A stretch of 63,266 nucleotides of DNA, the filler included. It is 12 parts of 12 records of this genome, joined end to end, with 100 filler letters (N's around TTAATTAATTAA, not from the genome) between each part and the next. Parts side by side here need not be neighbours in the genome. Positions count along the whole stretch, not along the records: positions 19,610 to 25,895 come from SRR15195285_4191; positions 25,996 to 29,883 come from SRR15195285_4192; positions 29,984 to 33,430 come from SRR15195285_4196; positions 33,531 to 40,656 come from SRR15195285_4199; 8 more parts are not named here. One strand, 5' to 3'. Within the stretch, counting starts at the first letter, position 1. Each line of letters begins with the position of its first letter. The position numbers and the translations under genes are program-made. Under the pieces are notes generated by a model that was not told where the DNA came from, ran no database searches, and saw only the letters and a list, made by a program, of their open reading frames with translations. This document shows, piece after piece, positions 23,880 to 36,500 of this stretch.

Positions 23880-25830
23880 CTAAGCGAAGGTTGTCGGAGT
23901 CAAAAGCAACATCTGGTGCCCACCCTCTGGAGCTAGATCCTTCGCCACAAGCTCGGTGAGCTTCGCTTCCGTCGAAATGTCTTTGTGGAGCCAAAGATCA
24001 CGCACTGTCACGGACTTGCCTGCAAGCCCAGTTCGTTCGATACAATCGCTGCCGCACGTGACGTTCGGCGCAGTGTCCGTGCCCACGTTGATGAAGACCA
24101 TGGCGACCTTGCCACCACTCAGCTTGCGCGACCAGATGTTGGTTGACGAAGGTGGGGCCTGTTCTGTGCCAGCGGAGACACACAGCTTGCCATCCACGCT
24201 ACCATGGTGGATCAATCCCGTGGCCTCGTCAAAGTAGAAGGCCGAAGACGGGTCTTCAATTTGCTCAACCAACGATGGGCACGCCGCAAGCTCGAGCTGG
24301 GCCCCGACGGTGTCTGGAGCAACAACGCACTGCCCATTCTTGATTTCTGGATCAGTCAACGCCGAGACCAGCTGGTGCTGCGCGTTTGGCCGAAAGTAGA
24401 ACCCTTGGTTGGTACTGCACCCGTTGGTCACCCACTGCCACGTGACGAGTTTGTCGCCACAATCCAAAGAGTCCCACGCAGTCTTCAGCGTTGGCGAGTA
24501 GATCGTGCCCGCTGGCGTCGGCGTCGTCCCCCCGCCCATCGCCCACTTCTGATGGGTGTCTTTCGTGTCACACGTCGCGAGGACGATCGGTGTCCCATCC
24601 TGCACACCTCCAGCGCCACCATCTGGAGAAGCAGCGAGGTTCCCACCGACAATCCGCTCGCCCTGCATTCCGAGCACATCCTGTCCCAAGCACAGCGAGG
24701 TGTTTTAGCTCCGGAGCGCGTTCTAGCGCGTCCTCAGAACAGGAGTGAGGACAGTGGAACGCTTGGAGCGTTATCGCGATACAGGGAAAGAGGGAGACAT
24801 GGAAAGGGGGGCAATAGAAGGGGAAAGAGGGCCAGCGTGCAGTGTGGTTGCGCTATACCTGGTCCACTGCGATCACCTCTGTATTGGTGTAAGTTTCGAT
24901 GTTCATCGACGACATGTTTCGGATATTTGCGGAGATGATCAGTGGCGACGCCATGATGGCCCACATACTGAACTGCGCCCGGCTTTGAAGCTGGGTGACA
25001 CGCAGGTTACCGTTCAGATCTTCAGCTAGAAGAAGGCACGGGTCGTTCCATCCCTTGTCTGGGCCCGCGTTCGCGGCTAGCTGGCTGTTGATGTTGATGT
25101 TGGCGAGCACCCCGGGCCAGTTCGTGTCGTCAGGGCCGATGCGCCACAGGTTCGCCAGCTCTTTGCCGCCTGCATAGTTCAGCGCAGGATCAGGGTTCGA
25201 GTACCAAGGGTTCCAGCCGCACAGCGAGAAGACGATCGGGCGACCGGTTGCGTTGAGCGCGTCCCGCATACGGCCATACTCTGCAAAGGCCTCTTTGTGG
25301 TCTTGCGAGGCCGTGCAGCTGTCTTCCTTTAGGAAATCTGCGCAAACAGAGCGCGCGCGCAGTGTTAGCTCGAAGCCACGTGGCGTCTCGTTTATACAGC
25401 TCTAGAACGTGAGCTAGAGCTGAGAGCGGGCCGAAGGCTGCAGCTAGTACCTGCACCCCAGGCTGCGAAAGAGTTGGCGTCTTTTGTAGTGTGGTTGTAA
25501 CTGCCCGGGCCGGGGCCGCATTGCTTGGTGCCCCGGTCGCTGTACACGCCACATTGCAGTGGCTTGCCGTTGGGGAGCGTCTTCGAGTGGACGTAGTCAC
25601 ACATGGGCTTGAGGCTCTTGCTGGGGAACTTGTTCGGGTCTGCGTAGATCGAGCCATTTGGATAGCGCCCACCGCTCCACAGGTCGTCCAGGTTCCAGTA
25701 ATTGTAGCCGTACTTGGGCAGATCCAGGTCCATGAATGCGTCGACCGTTTTGAGCAGCAGGGCTTCGTCAAACGTGCCCGTGACGTCGTACCAGGTGTTG
25801 TAGCCCATCGGGGGCGTGCGTGCCAGCCCT
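23880..25830 (-). CDS. GH27 alpha-galactosidase with ricin-B-like lectin inserted before the C-terminal beta-sandwich (5' truncated, spliced)
   Basis: LARTPPMGYNTW, YWNLDDLW, FLKEDSC, MRDALNATGRPIVFSLC, NLWRIGPD, WNDPCLL, QFSMWAIMASPLII. Ricin-like C..QKW repeats, then WSRKLSGGKVAMVFIN...VRDLW. Confidence 0.93.
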
Positions 25831-25895
25831 ACCATTTGCGCAAGCGCTTGCGGTCACACTCGCGCTGCACATACACTGGGCACTGCATGGACAAA

Positions 25896-25995
25896 NNNNN
25901 NNNNNNNNNNNNNNNNNNNNNNNNNNNNNNNNNNNNNNNTTAATTAATTAANNNNNNNNNNNNNNNNNNNNNNNNNNNNNNNNNNNNNNNNNNNN
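25896..25995. other. Artificial contig linker
   Basis: N44-TTAATTAATTAA-N44. Confidence 0.99.
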
Positions 25996-26147
25996 CCAGG
26001 TTGAATGAATTAGAAGAGAAGTTGGCAAATCGGGACCAGCCACGTGTCACTGCACGGTGTCTCGAGCGGCGCCGAGCGCCACGCGTGGGTGGCACGGCCT
26101 GGGTGGCCTAGGGCAGACTGCCTGCCAGACTCGCTGACGTACGGTCG

Positions 26148-26196
26148 CATCCACACCTTCGTGTCGAAGACGGTCGTCGACACGAAGGTGTGGATG
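26148..26196. repeat. Perfect 20-bp inverted repeat with 9-nt spacer
   Basis: CATCCACACCTTCGTGTCGA (26148-26167) / TCGACACGAAGGTGTGGATG (26177-26196). Confidence 0.95.
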
Positions 26197-28164
26197 GCGG
26201 CGCTGCGCTCGAGGGCTGCCATGGTGTGGCTCGGTCTGGCGGTGGCCCAGTGCACCGTCTCCAGTACTACGGCCGCGGTCGACCTTCCGTACCCGCGCGC
26301 GGCCATGCCGACCGGCCAGGCGGGGCCGATCTTCGTGATTTCGCAGGCCAGCATCAGCAGTCAGGCGGATCAGGCCACGCTGGGCACGTTGCAGGGAGTG
26401 GTCGCCCGGCACTCGCCGCGCATCTATACGATCAAGAGCGCGTCGCCGAAACTGCAGTCAAACTCCGTCGATACAGACGCCACCGTCTTCTGGCTGCACG
26501 ATTTGGAGACCCACCATGGTCTGACCTTCGACTACAGCTACCTGAACGATCTGCCCTCGCTCGTCACTCTCTTCTCCAGCAACCTCACGGGGTTCGTCGC
26601 CTACGACCAGGCCAGTGGCTCGACCAATGCTGCGTTGACACGCTGCGCCGCCTCCGACGGCGTCATCAGTGCTGGTACTCCCGCAATGGTCGCCCACCTG
26701 CACTCGCTTGGGGTGCCCATGCTGGCCAACCTCACTGGATCCACACCAGCGGAGGAGTTTGCCCGTTCCAAAGCCAAACTGAGCCGGCGTGGTATGGTGT
26801 CCCAACCCGACGACGGCAGCAAGTCGCAGTGTCTGAGCGACTACGCTGTGTTTGCGCGGCTCCCGACCCTAGAGCATGACCCGTCGAAGCACGGTGGGCA
26901 GGACGGCGAAGGCTTTCTAGCAGTCCTGGACAACTTCGACAAAACGAAGCTCTCTGCCGCATTCGGCTGGACGACAGACGAGCACCAGTTTACTGCCGCC
27001 GTCACAAAAGCGGGCGGAGTGGTTCACGCTTCAGATTTTGCCTACAATCTGGCGCTGTTCTCGCAGCTGCCTCCGTATAAACCGGCCCAGTCTGCCAAAT
27101 CTTCACGGACCGCGCGCAAGACACATCAACAACAGCCGCGTAGTGCTGGAGTGCACACCGTCGCCTTCGTGATGTCAGACGGCGACAATCTTCAGATTCT
27201 GCAAAACGACTTTATGTCAACCCGACACTGGAGTCATCCACAGCGGGGCAGATACCCGACCAGCTGGAGTTACTCGCCCGCTATGGGGCAGCTCATGCCT
27301 TCGATGCTTGCTTACGTTGCTCGCACTGCCACCGTCAATGATTCGCTGACTACTGGCCCGTCCGGGGTTGGCTATGCATATCCTCAACTGTACACGCCTA
27401 CGTCTCGCGAAATCTTTGCACGGGCGACTAACCAACTTATGACTCAAACGCAGATGAGTGTGGTCAACGTGATCGGAGTCACGCCGTCAGAGCAGTCTGT
27501 CGCCGCCATAGCAGCCCAGCCACAGGTTGACAGCATTGTTTACTTCACCTTCGGCGTAGCAGATCAAGGCTATGCGGGACTCCACGGCAACGTGGCATAT
27601 GTAAACGATAAACCAGTCGTTGGGCTACGAAGTTGTCTCTGGGGCGATGGAAAGAGTGGTGACCAGGTTGGCGTGGACGGTTTGATCCGTGATCTCCGTG
27701 CGCTGCCGAAAGACCCGAAAGACCCACAGAGCTACTCGATTATCGTCAACGAGATGGGCAACGGCTGGGATTCTATTCGCAACGCGTCTCAGATTCTGAT
27801 GGAGGACGGTGGCTTTGTGCGTCGCATCCAGGCCACCTTGTTCCAATCGGGCTTGCCAGGTCTAATGAATGTGGGTGGAACGCAGGAAATCGTGCTGCCG
27901 GAGGTCCTAATTGAGCGCATGGCGGCAAACACTGGCCGCAAGCAACAATGCCCGATGCCAACTGGCGTGTGGGCAGAAGAAGTAGACGATCTCCCAAAGT
28001 GTTGGTTGCCCGGCGACGGGCGGAGCTGCGTGTTCGAGTGCGAACGGCTGTTGCCGTTGCCGATTCCTGTTCGCTGTGACTTGGACCAGTGCAGCAACCT
28101 AACACTGGCTGCGTCGAAGCTCCACTTCCTTTGTCCGAACGGAGAGGTTTGTAGGGCCAAGTAA
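26194..28164 (+). CDS. GxGYxYP-family putative glycoside hydrolase, secreted
   Basis: Signal MVWLGLAVAQC; TLQGVVAR; VAFVMSDGDNLQ; GPSGVGYAYP. Probable in-frame intron ~27817-27885. Cys-rich tail. Confidence 0.88.
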   Translation: MAALRSRAAMVWLGLAVAQCTVSSTTAAVDLPYPRAAMPTGQAGPIFVISQASISSQADQATLGTLQGVVARHSPRIYTIKSASPKLQSNSVDTDATVFWLHDLETHHGLTFDYSYLNDLPSLVTLFSSNLTGFVAYDQASGSTNAALTRCAASDGVISAGTPAMVAHLHSLGVPMLANLTGSTPAEEFARSKAKLSRRGMVSQPDDGSKSQCLSDYAVFARLPTLEHDPSKHGGQDGEGFLAVLDNFDKTKLSAAFGWTTDEHQFTAAVTKAGGVVHASDFAYNLALFSQLPPYKPAQSAKSSRTARKTHQQQPRSAGVHTVAFVMSDGDNLQILQNDFMSTRHWSHPQRGRYPTSWSYSPAMGQLMPSMLAYVARTATVNDSLTTGPSGVGYAYPQLYTPTSREIFARATNQLMTQTQMSVVNVIGVTPSEQSVAAIAAQPQVDSIVYFTFGVADQGYAGLHGNVAYVNDKPVVGLRSCLWGDGKSGDQVGVDGLIRDLRALPKDPKDPQSYSIIVNEMGNGWDSIRNASQILMEDGGFVRRIQATLFQSGLPGLMNVGGTQEIVLPEVLIERMAANTGRKQQCPMPTGVWAEEVDDLPKCWLPGDGRSCVFECERLLPLPIPVRCDLDQCSNLTLAASKLHFLCPNGEVCRAK

Positions 28165-28277
28165 AGCCAATCGATAATGAATTTAACCCGAAACAGTGCT
28201 CAGCACACCACGCCATGTGATTTGTTGGGAGCATGATCTGGCAACTTTTCGCGTATAAACTGTTCAGCACTAGAGCA

Positions 28278-29536
28278 TCAATATAGAATTCTTTGTGCGC
28301 TTCCATCTTGCGCTGCTGATGACATCGCCGCGTCCATTACCTTCTGCGTTGTGAGGGACACCTCTGGCCAGAACGGCTCCACACTTTTCGAAAGCACAAT
28401 TCCGGAAAACTTCTTGATCATTTCAAGCTCCTGGCAGCAGTCGATAGTCGTGACGGTCTCTGTAGTCGTTGACACCAAGCAGTCGACGTCAATCAGGCCA
28501 GCATTGTGCTCCACCGTAAATTCACACGACGAAGGAGCCTTAGCGAGCACGAAGTCCTTGAGTGAGAGCGTCTTGCCGGTACCGACGACCTCAACCCACT
28601 GCCTGAATGGATGACAGAAAGAGCAGTGGAAACTAAGCATGCGCGTCCGAGCTTCATCGAAGTACACCTCCACCGTCATATCGATCGGGACGCCCTCTCC
28701 TGCACCAACCTCCTACCGATTCCCAAAACTCATGCGGTCAGACAACAGGTGTGGACATGCACTGTTTGGGCGTCGTGTGCCGTTTCACAGGAAGACTCAC
28801 GGAGGCGTCCTTCAACTTTTTCGCGGACACCGCCAGAGGTTTGTTGTCCCACCCGAACGCAAAGAGGCCAAATCGCACACAGTACCACCCAAGATCACCC
28901 AGGCAACCCAAGGGATCGCCGGAGGACGATGCTCGGATGTTGGACTTGAAGAAGTCTTCGTTGCCCATGAAGGAAAAGCCGCTCGTTACGCGCTGCACCT
29001 CTCCGAAGTCATTGTAGGGGTCTCCTCTCAGGCGCGCTTCCATCTTTTGCATGCGGGCATGGTGCATGAACATGACACCGTCCATGAACTGCACGTTCGC
29101 TTCATCACAGGCAGCGAGCATTGTTGCGAGTTCGCCAGCATTCAGCGCCACGGGCTTTTCGCAAAGTATGTGTTTGCCGGCCTGCGCTGCTTTGACCACC
29201 CACTCCAGGTGAAGAGCGGTCGGCAGCGGGATGTAGACGGCGTCGACATCATCGCGAGCCAGGAGCGCGTCGTATCCCTCGACGGCTTCGGTTCCGCCAG
29301 CGAGCAGGTTGTGGTCTGCGATCCACTGGGTGGCCTTGTCTTTGGCACGCGACGCCTACGTACGCGGTCGGGGATGAGAGACAGAGACCCGACAACCCTC
29401 AGAGCTTGCCGGCGGCGGCGCAGAGACTCACCACCGCGACGACACTGGCGTTCTCCGCGAGCAGCATGCACCTCGCGTTCTTCCTCGCGATGTTCGCACA
29501 GCCCATGATCCCCCACCTGCACACCGGGCTCTCCAT
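28278..29536 (-). CDS. Gfo/Idh/MocA family NAD(P)-dependent oxidoreductase (3 exons)
   Basis: RWGIMGCANIARKN, DVDAVYIPLPTALHLEW, GKHILCEKP, FMDGVMFMHH, GCLGDLGWYC, SFHCSF. Exons reconstructed across GT-AG introns. Confidence 0.92.
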
Positions 29537-29883
29537 CGCTGCAAGAAGTCACTCTGTCCGTGCTGGCAAAGCCAATACAGTGTACACGGTGACCTGTCTC
29601 ACGGTGCGCCAGCGAGCGTCGGCGCGGAGCTCGGTGCAACGCTGCACCCCCGTGCACCCGTGCACCCCCCCTTGGGCCACCCGGCCAGGCGAATGAATTA
29701 ATACCGGCGCCTGGAATCAGCGTTGGATTTTGTCGGTCATGGGGTTCTCGGATTCGTACTTCCACTAGGATCCTACTTTCTGCTAGTAGGATCCTAACTT
29801 GCTACTTGCACCGCTGAGCGAATTGTGATTCTGGTTACACACGCCTGGTACATGTACATGTGTTGGTTGCAAAACCGCGGTCC

Positions 29884-29983
29884 NNNNNNNNNNNNNNNNN
29901 NNNNNNNNNNNNNNNNNNNNNNNNNNNTTAATTAATTAANNNNNNNNNNNNNNNNNNNNNNNNNNNNNNNNNNNNNNNNNNNN
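29884..29983. other. Artificial contig linker
   Basis: N44-TTAATTAATTAA-N44. Confidence 0.99.
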
Positions 29984-32900
29984 GGGGGGGTGGCGATCAT
30001 GGGGAGCCTCTCGGCGTCGCGTTCGCCTTCCTCATGCTCTCGCTGATGCTCGGTACCTTTGTGAAAACGCTGCTCGAGTTGCTTCCTCGCAGCGCGTACC
30101 ACCCGCCGTACTCGGTGATGATTTTCGGGCTAGGCATGCTCTGCGGTCAGATCGACCACAGTGTCAACGATAATGGTGAGGCCAGCGGTACAATGCACGA
30201 ATCCATCTCGTACTGGGCCGTTGTTGATCCCCACGTGATCATGTTCGGCTTGCTCCCGCCACTACTCTTTGAATCGGCGCTGGGAATGGACTTTCACGTC
30301 TTTGCCAAGGTGTTTTACGTGGCGAGCATCATGGCACTGCCAGGTGTGTTGCTGTGCACAGTGTTGACCGGCTGCGTGGCGATGCTTTTCTTCGGCCACT
30401 GTTGCAATATCTCCTGGTGGGGTTGTGTACTTCTAGGCTCGATTCTCTCTGCCACCGACCCGGTGGCAGTGGTGGCCGTACTCAAGACTCTTGGCGCACC
30501 TGCGCACCTGCAGCACATGATCGAGGGCGAGTCGCTACTCAACGACGGGAGCGCTGTGGTAGTCTTTCTGGTCGCGCAGCAGATGCTCGATGTGGACACT
30601 GCGCTCACTGTGCCAGAGATTATCGGGAAATTTTTTCGCTTAGCTGGCGGTGGGGTGTTGTGGGGCCTGTGTGCTGGCTACGTAGCCTTCTTCTGGTGCA
30701 AGCTCTCGCGACACGCATCCGTCATCGATATTGCAGTCCTTGTCTTGTGCGTCTACATGGTGTTCTACGTAGGGGAGTGGCACTTGCACGTGTCGGGCGT
30801 ATTAGCCTCAGTTACTTTTGGCGTGCTCTTCTGTCGGCTTGCGCCACACGCAATGAGCGAGCATGTGCAACACCACAACCACGTCGTGTTCGAACAGATC
30901 TGCCACTTTGCGGAGACGCATATCTTCATGCTCGCAGGACTGATCATCCACCGAAGGTTCTTCATAAGCATGAGCGACCTCGACATGGCGTACCACATCC
31001 CTATGTCGCTCGTTTTGTACCTTGTACTTCACGTTATTCGTGCGAGCGTAATCGGCATGTTCACTCCTATCCTTGGTAGGCTAGGGTACGGCTTGACGCT
31101 AGGAGAAAGCGTGATCATGACGTACGGTGGTCTCCGTGGGGCGGTCAGCCTTGCTATGGCGCTCATGCTTGACCTGGATCCGACTGTTGACGAGGTTTTT
31201 CGTGACTTGGTCGTGTTTCACACAGCCATGATTGTTGCCTTGACAATAGTGATCAATGGAACGACTGCTGGAGCCCTATACGGGTGGCTGGATATGTATC
31301 CGACAAACCAGTTCCGGAAAGAGCTTCGGGACCGTGGGTTCGATCTTCTTGCGCACGAGGTCAACACAATCTTTGACGAGCTGCAGCATGATTGGTTTCA
31401 CAAGCCCGCACACATTCCGACACTGCGGAAGGTCTGTCCTGACTTTGCAAATGCGGATATGAAGTATGGGCATGTGCGTTTCAAACCCCCGACAATGAAC
31501 GTGCATAAGATTTTCTTTGACAAAGAAGGGTATATCCACAGGAACCTGCATCACTGGAACCGAGCCAAGGTTGGGCTACGTGCTTTCCAGCTAACGATGC
31601 AAATGGCTGGTGGAAATCTCCCGTCTGGGTTGTCATCACATGCACTGGCCTCTGGTGGAACGCACCATGAAGGGCGACAGGTCCATTTCTCATCTGATCG
31701 TTCGCCTCCTGACTTGGCATCTGGTGGGGCGCACAATGATATGCAACAGCCTACACCGGCCCACTTAGAAAGGTCCACTTCTGCGCCAGCTATTGTTCCA
31801 ACAGATGACGCCGAGGTGCACGTGGAGGCACAGCAAACAGCCGTGGGTTTCTCAAGCCGGACTCAGTCAAACCATGTCGACGAGTTGTGTCCGCATCTTT
31901 GGGTCGGTCGCCTGCCGCAGTATCAGGCGAATGAACCCTGTTTGCGAGACATGTTTGAACGATTTGGTACTGTTGAGCTGGTGGCTGCGCGGAACAAGCC
32001 GGACGACGTGACCAACGGCGAACCACGCAGCTACGCCTACATCACTTTTGGTGGCACAGAGGCAGAGGCACAAGACAGCGTGGCCAAAGCGATGATAAAA
32101 CCGGTGACATGCAAAACTGAGGATGGCGACACGGTCGAGCTGATAGTGGAGTTCGCGGAGAAGTCGAAGGTGCATTCGACAGGTGCCACCAATATTTGGG
32201 AACAAATGTCTCGTGTCAAGGCAGCGCGTGAGTCCGTCAACCTTGTCCCACATAGCGCGGTTATTGTTTCCGAAAATGTTGAGGAAGCAAAGATGCTTCT
32301 CTACGAAATTTGTTTTACCGCTGTGACTGCGAGATACAAGGAGATGGAACACCATCAGCTTATTGGCCTCAAGTCGCTGGACCGGTATGCCAAACAAAGG
32401 ATTTGGGGTTGTTTCGCTTTGTGAAAAAAAACTGAAAGCACTTGCCCTCGAACTGAGCGAACGAACTTCAGCTGATGCTCACGATGTGATGCCGCAACAG
32501 GCTACAGGAGGCGATTAAAAAGGGACAAGACATCCTCGTGCAGCTGCGAGACAAGAGCTTGGCAGACGTACAGCGCGAGAAGCTCCCGAACCCGATGTAT
32601 CTGGCATGGAATGACGACAGAACTGATGACCAGGGCGCATTCAAGCTGAGTGTAATGAGCATGGTGTTGGGCGGTGACAAAGTCATTCGGCCAGAGAGCC
32701 TGACCTCGGTCAAGAATTTCGTGAAGGCCAAGAATCATAAACGAGAGCTCTCCATGAGCCGCTTTAAACACATCGAGGAGTTGATGCTCTGTGCAGAAAT
32801 GGCCTGGGCAGTGCGTGAGGCCCATCACGAGATTATCTACCATGTACTGCACGGCGAAACTGTGGACACGAAGGATGACGTTGTCCTGAAGGCTCGGGCT

Positions 32901-33430
32901 CAAGTGTCGCAGGAGATGCGGATGATTGTGAGCGAGTCTGAGAAGGTGCTTGAGGGCATGCACAAGGAGCATTGGCACATGATGCAGCTCGTCCACACTG
33001 TCATCGCATCCCGCGCAACGCTGCATATCATTCAGAACAAGATCAGCATACTGGTGCACAAAGGGTTTTTCGACGAGAACGACGAGGAGTGTTTGAATCA
33101 TGTGATCGACGAGCGGCTGCTGCAAATGGAGAAGTCATTCAACCACGGGATCGTCGAGCTTGCCTATCATGAGGCTAAGAGGACATGCTGTCACCGGAAG
33201 CCGGCTGCCTCGGCAGGAGCGACCGCTCCTTTACAGACCCATACTTCCTCAGTGGATCCCGGACGCCCCCGCGGCCTCGCAGGCCTCCATATGAGGCGTA
33301 TGAGTGCCTCAGAAGGAGGTGCACCTCCTTCAAGCCCAGCCCAGATGAATACAGTTGAGGAAGCTGAAGAAAAGGAAGCTTTCAGCCCAGAACTGAACTT
33401 GGAGCCGGAGCCGGAGCCGGAGCCAGAGCC
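29984..33430 (+). CDS. CPA1 Na+/H+ antiporter, SOS1/SLC9C-like, with an RRM-like domain in the cytosolic tail (truncated at both ends; intron ~32384-32499)
   Basis: LLPPLLFESA, GSILSATDPVAVVAVLK, IEGESLLNDG, GGLRGAVSLAMAL, TIVINGTT; about 12 hydrophobic segments. Confidence 0.92.
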
Positions 33431-33530
33431 NNNNNNNNNNNNNNNNNNNNNNNNNNNNNNNNNNNNNNNNNNNNTTAATTAATTAANNNNNNNNNNNNNN
33501 NNNNNNNNNNNNNNNNNNNNNNNNNNNNNN
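33431..33530. other. Artificial contig linker
   Basis: N44-TTAATTAATTAA-N44. Confidence 0.99.
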
Positions 33531-33550
33531 CCGCCCCGGGCGCATGTCTT

Positions 33551-36500
33551 TCAACTATTGTCAATGGCAAGGTAGTTCCAACCTCGAGCGTTCGGCGCCC
33601 CGCTGCAAAAATGTACAGGCCGCACAGCCGGTAGTCAGAGGTTCGCAGATCGATCAATAGAAAAATGCCAGGAGCACTGGCCAAATTGAGATGACAGCTG
33701 AAGGTGGTCGTGGCGTGAGAGCAGACAGCATCAATGTCGTACAGCTGCAACTCTGCGTCATGGAAATCTGTCAGCGCCAGCCGTTTGGAGATAGTGATGA
33801 TTGTCACGCCTTCGTCCCGCAGTGATTTGTAGAGACCCTCCTCAACGTCCATGCTGACCGCATCCGTGCTGCAAGCAAGGTCAAACAGTATGCTAAGCTA
33901 CGCTGCCAGTCACGGCCACGGTGGCTGACGGTGCGTGCATGGCTCGCGCGGCGCAACACGGAAGACTACTCACCACTCATCCAACACGGCAAATGCAGGT
34001 TGATGATAGAACACTCTCGCTAGACCCATCCGTTGCATCTCGCCGCCCGAAAACACATCCTCCCACGTCTTTTCTGCATCCCAACCGCCCTCCTTCTCGA
34101 ATTGTGCCACGAGGTAGAAGATTCCTACGTGCTCCAGACAGGCTTGCAGCCTTGCCTCGTCCCGCTCGGCCTCAGGAATGGCCGCAGGATATGTGATCTG
34201 GTCTGCGAGGGTGCCGAGCACGGCGTACGGCCGCTGAGGAACCAAAAACACACCGTTGGGTGCTCCAGGTGACGAAACGCTGCCCTTCGGCACTGGCCAG
34301 AGCCCTGCAAGTGCGCGGAAGAACGAAGTTTTGCCCACAGAGTTTGGACCTGTGACCATCAGCGGTGTGTTTGATGCCACCGTGACGCTCAGGTCCTTCG
34401 CGAGGCACTGACCTAGCGGAGTGACAATGTCGACATCTTTAAACTCAATATCAGTCGGAGTTTCACCATCGGCACAGCTCCCATCCTCATGTTTGTTACC
34501 ATCATCACGACCTGCCATTTCCTCAAGCACGTCGATCATCTGGCAGACGCGAGTGCCACTGCCGAGGAGCTTTGCCATCGTCTCATACAAGTCGAAAATT
34601 TGCCCGAATGACTCGACGGAGCGAATCACTGCGGATCGCACATAGAATGTAGATGAGGCCAGCACACCAGCTGTGCCATCGGCCATCGAGTCGAGTGCGT
34701 GTCGGCGCGCGTAAATGATCTGCATCAAGATTGTCACAATCTCTGGCGTCGACACGTTATTCGAGTACGACTTGAAGTCCTTGTTGATGCAGTGAAAAAA
34801 GAACTTGAACTCTGCCGTTTTGCGGCGCACGATGTACTGATGGTCGACAAGTTTCTCGAAAAAAGACGTTGCGATCTTATGCTCCATCTCATCACCGCCA
34901 AAAAATGCAACACTCTCTGCGTGGTTGCGCAACCGGGTCTGGCAGAACCGGTAGTCAGACTCGAGCTCCTGCTCCTTCGTGAACAGCGCCTCGTAGTTCG
35001 GCATGAGGAACTTTGACACTGCAAACGTTGCGCCAATGTAGAAGTAAAACGGGATCATACCCACCACACCCAGCAACGAGACCATCCGTCCAGTGAACCA
35101 GAGCACGTCAAACACCGGGGTGACCGCGGAGGCAAACATCTTTGGAAACTCCTTTGAGAGATCCACCACTTCCTTCGTCAGCCGTTGATCGATATCTGAG
35201 ATGCGCTTGTCAATGTTCTTGACGCAGTAGAAGTTCGAACCGGCGAAGAAGCGATCCGTGCAGTGCTTCGTCAGCCGTTGATACCAGGCGATGCCCACCA
35301 GCTCTTGCATAAGCACGACCCCCTCCTCCACACAGCCATTGAACAGGTCTTGTCCCACGTTGATAAGCGCAAACAACGCAAATTTGCCAATGTTGCGCGT
35401 GATGACAGCGTTGTAGAGGCCTCCAACGACACGCGAGTAGGCCTCGTGACAGAGTGTTCGCCCGATGATGCCAGCCATGAGTAGCCCGAGCTTCTTCTCG
35501 GAACCCGGTACGGCAATCTTAAGCAGCATCATCAACTTCTGCATGCTACTGCGTTCTTTCAAGTCAGCAGACGATACGTCTTCCATGTAACTGTAAGGTT
35601 CGCTCCGCGCCGCGAGGTGCTTCTCACGAAGTTGGTCCTCACCCTCCGCAGATGCGGCCGCGACACGCGCGTGTACCTTCGATTGGTCGATCTGCGTGTA
35701 CTCCCAGCCGCCTTCGCCGTCTCCCGTAAGATTGAGATTATGCGTATGGTAGGCCTTGAGCGCGGGTCTGTGACAGATGGTGATGTATGTAATGGACATG
35801 GACTTGCACTCCTTGTATAACGCCGCCTCCATCTCCAGACTCACTGCGCTTGTGCTGCAAGAGTGGCCCAGTTGCAAAAAGTCAGTTGCTCAAAAGGTTC
35901 AGTTGCAAAAACGATACACCGAGCGTGGAAAAAAGTGATCGACTCACCACTCGTCAAGGATGGCAAACTTTGGCTTGTGATAAAATAGTCGTGCCATCGC
36001 CAGCCTTTGCTGCTCGCCCAGTGAAAGCTTGTCCTCCCCTACACAAAACGATATAGTGGACTGAGACCTCCAAGACTAGCAAATGGTTCTTCACGGCGCA
36101 CACTCACAGTTCACTGCAGCATCCGCCGCTGCACTCGACTCCAGCAGCAGGTGAGATAGGTCCACCCGTCGCAATAGATCTTCCAGTTGTTCCCTTGTCA
36201 CCTCCGCCTTCGCTTCAGGATACGTGATTTGATCGCTCAGCGAGCCGTTGCAATTGTATGGCTTTTGTGGCAGATAGAAGATTGACTTAGACAACGACTC
36301 TGCTCTGCCACCAGGTTTAGTGATCTTGCCTTTCGGTACATTCCACAGCCCACCGAGGCACCGGAAGATTGACGATTTTCCGGCGCCGTTGTGGCCTGTG
36401 AGGAGCAGAGAACCGCTGATCTTTAGAGAAAAGTTCAGGTCCTTAACAAGCAGCTTGCCATTCGGGGTGTGCACATCCACACCCTTAAAGGCAATGCAGT

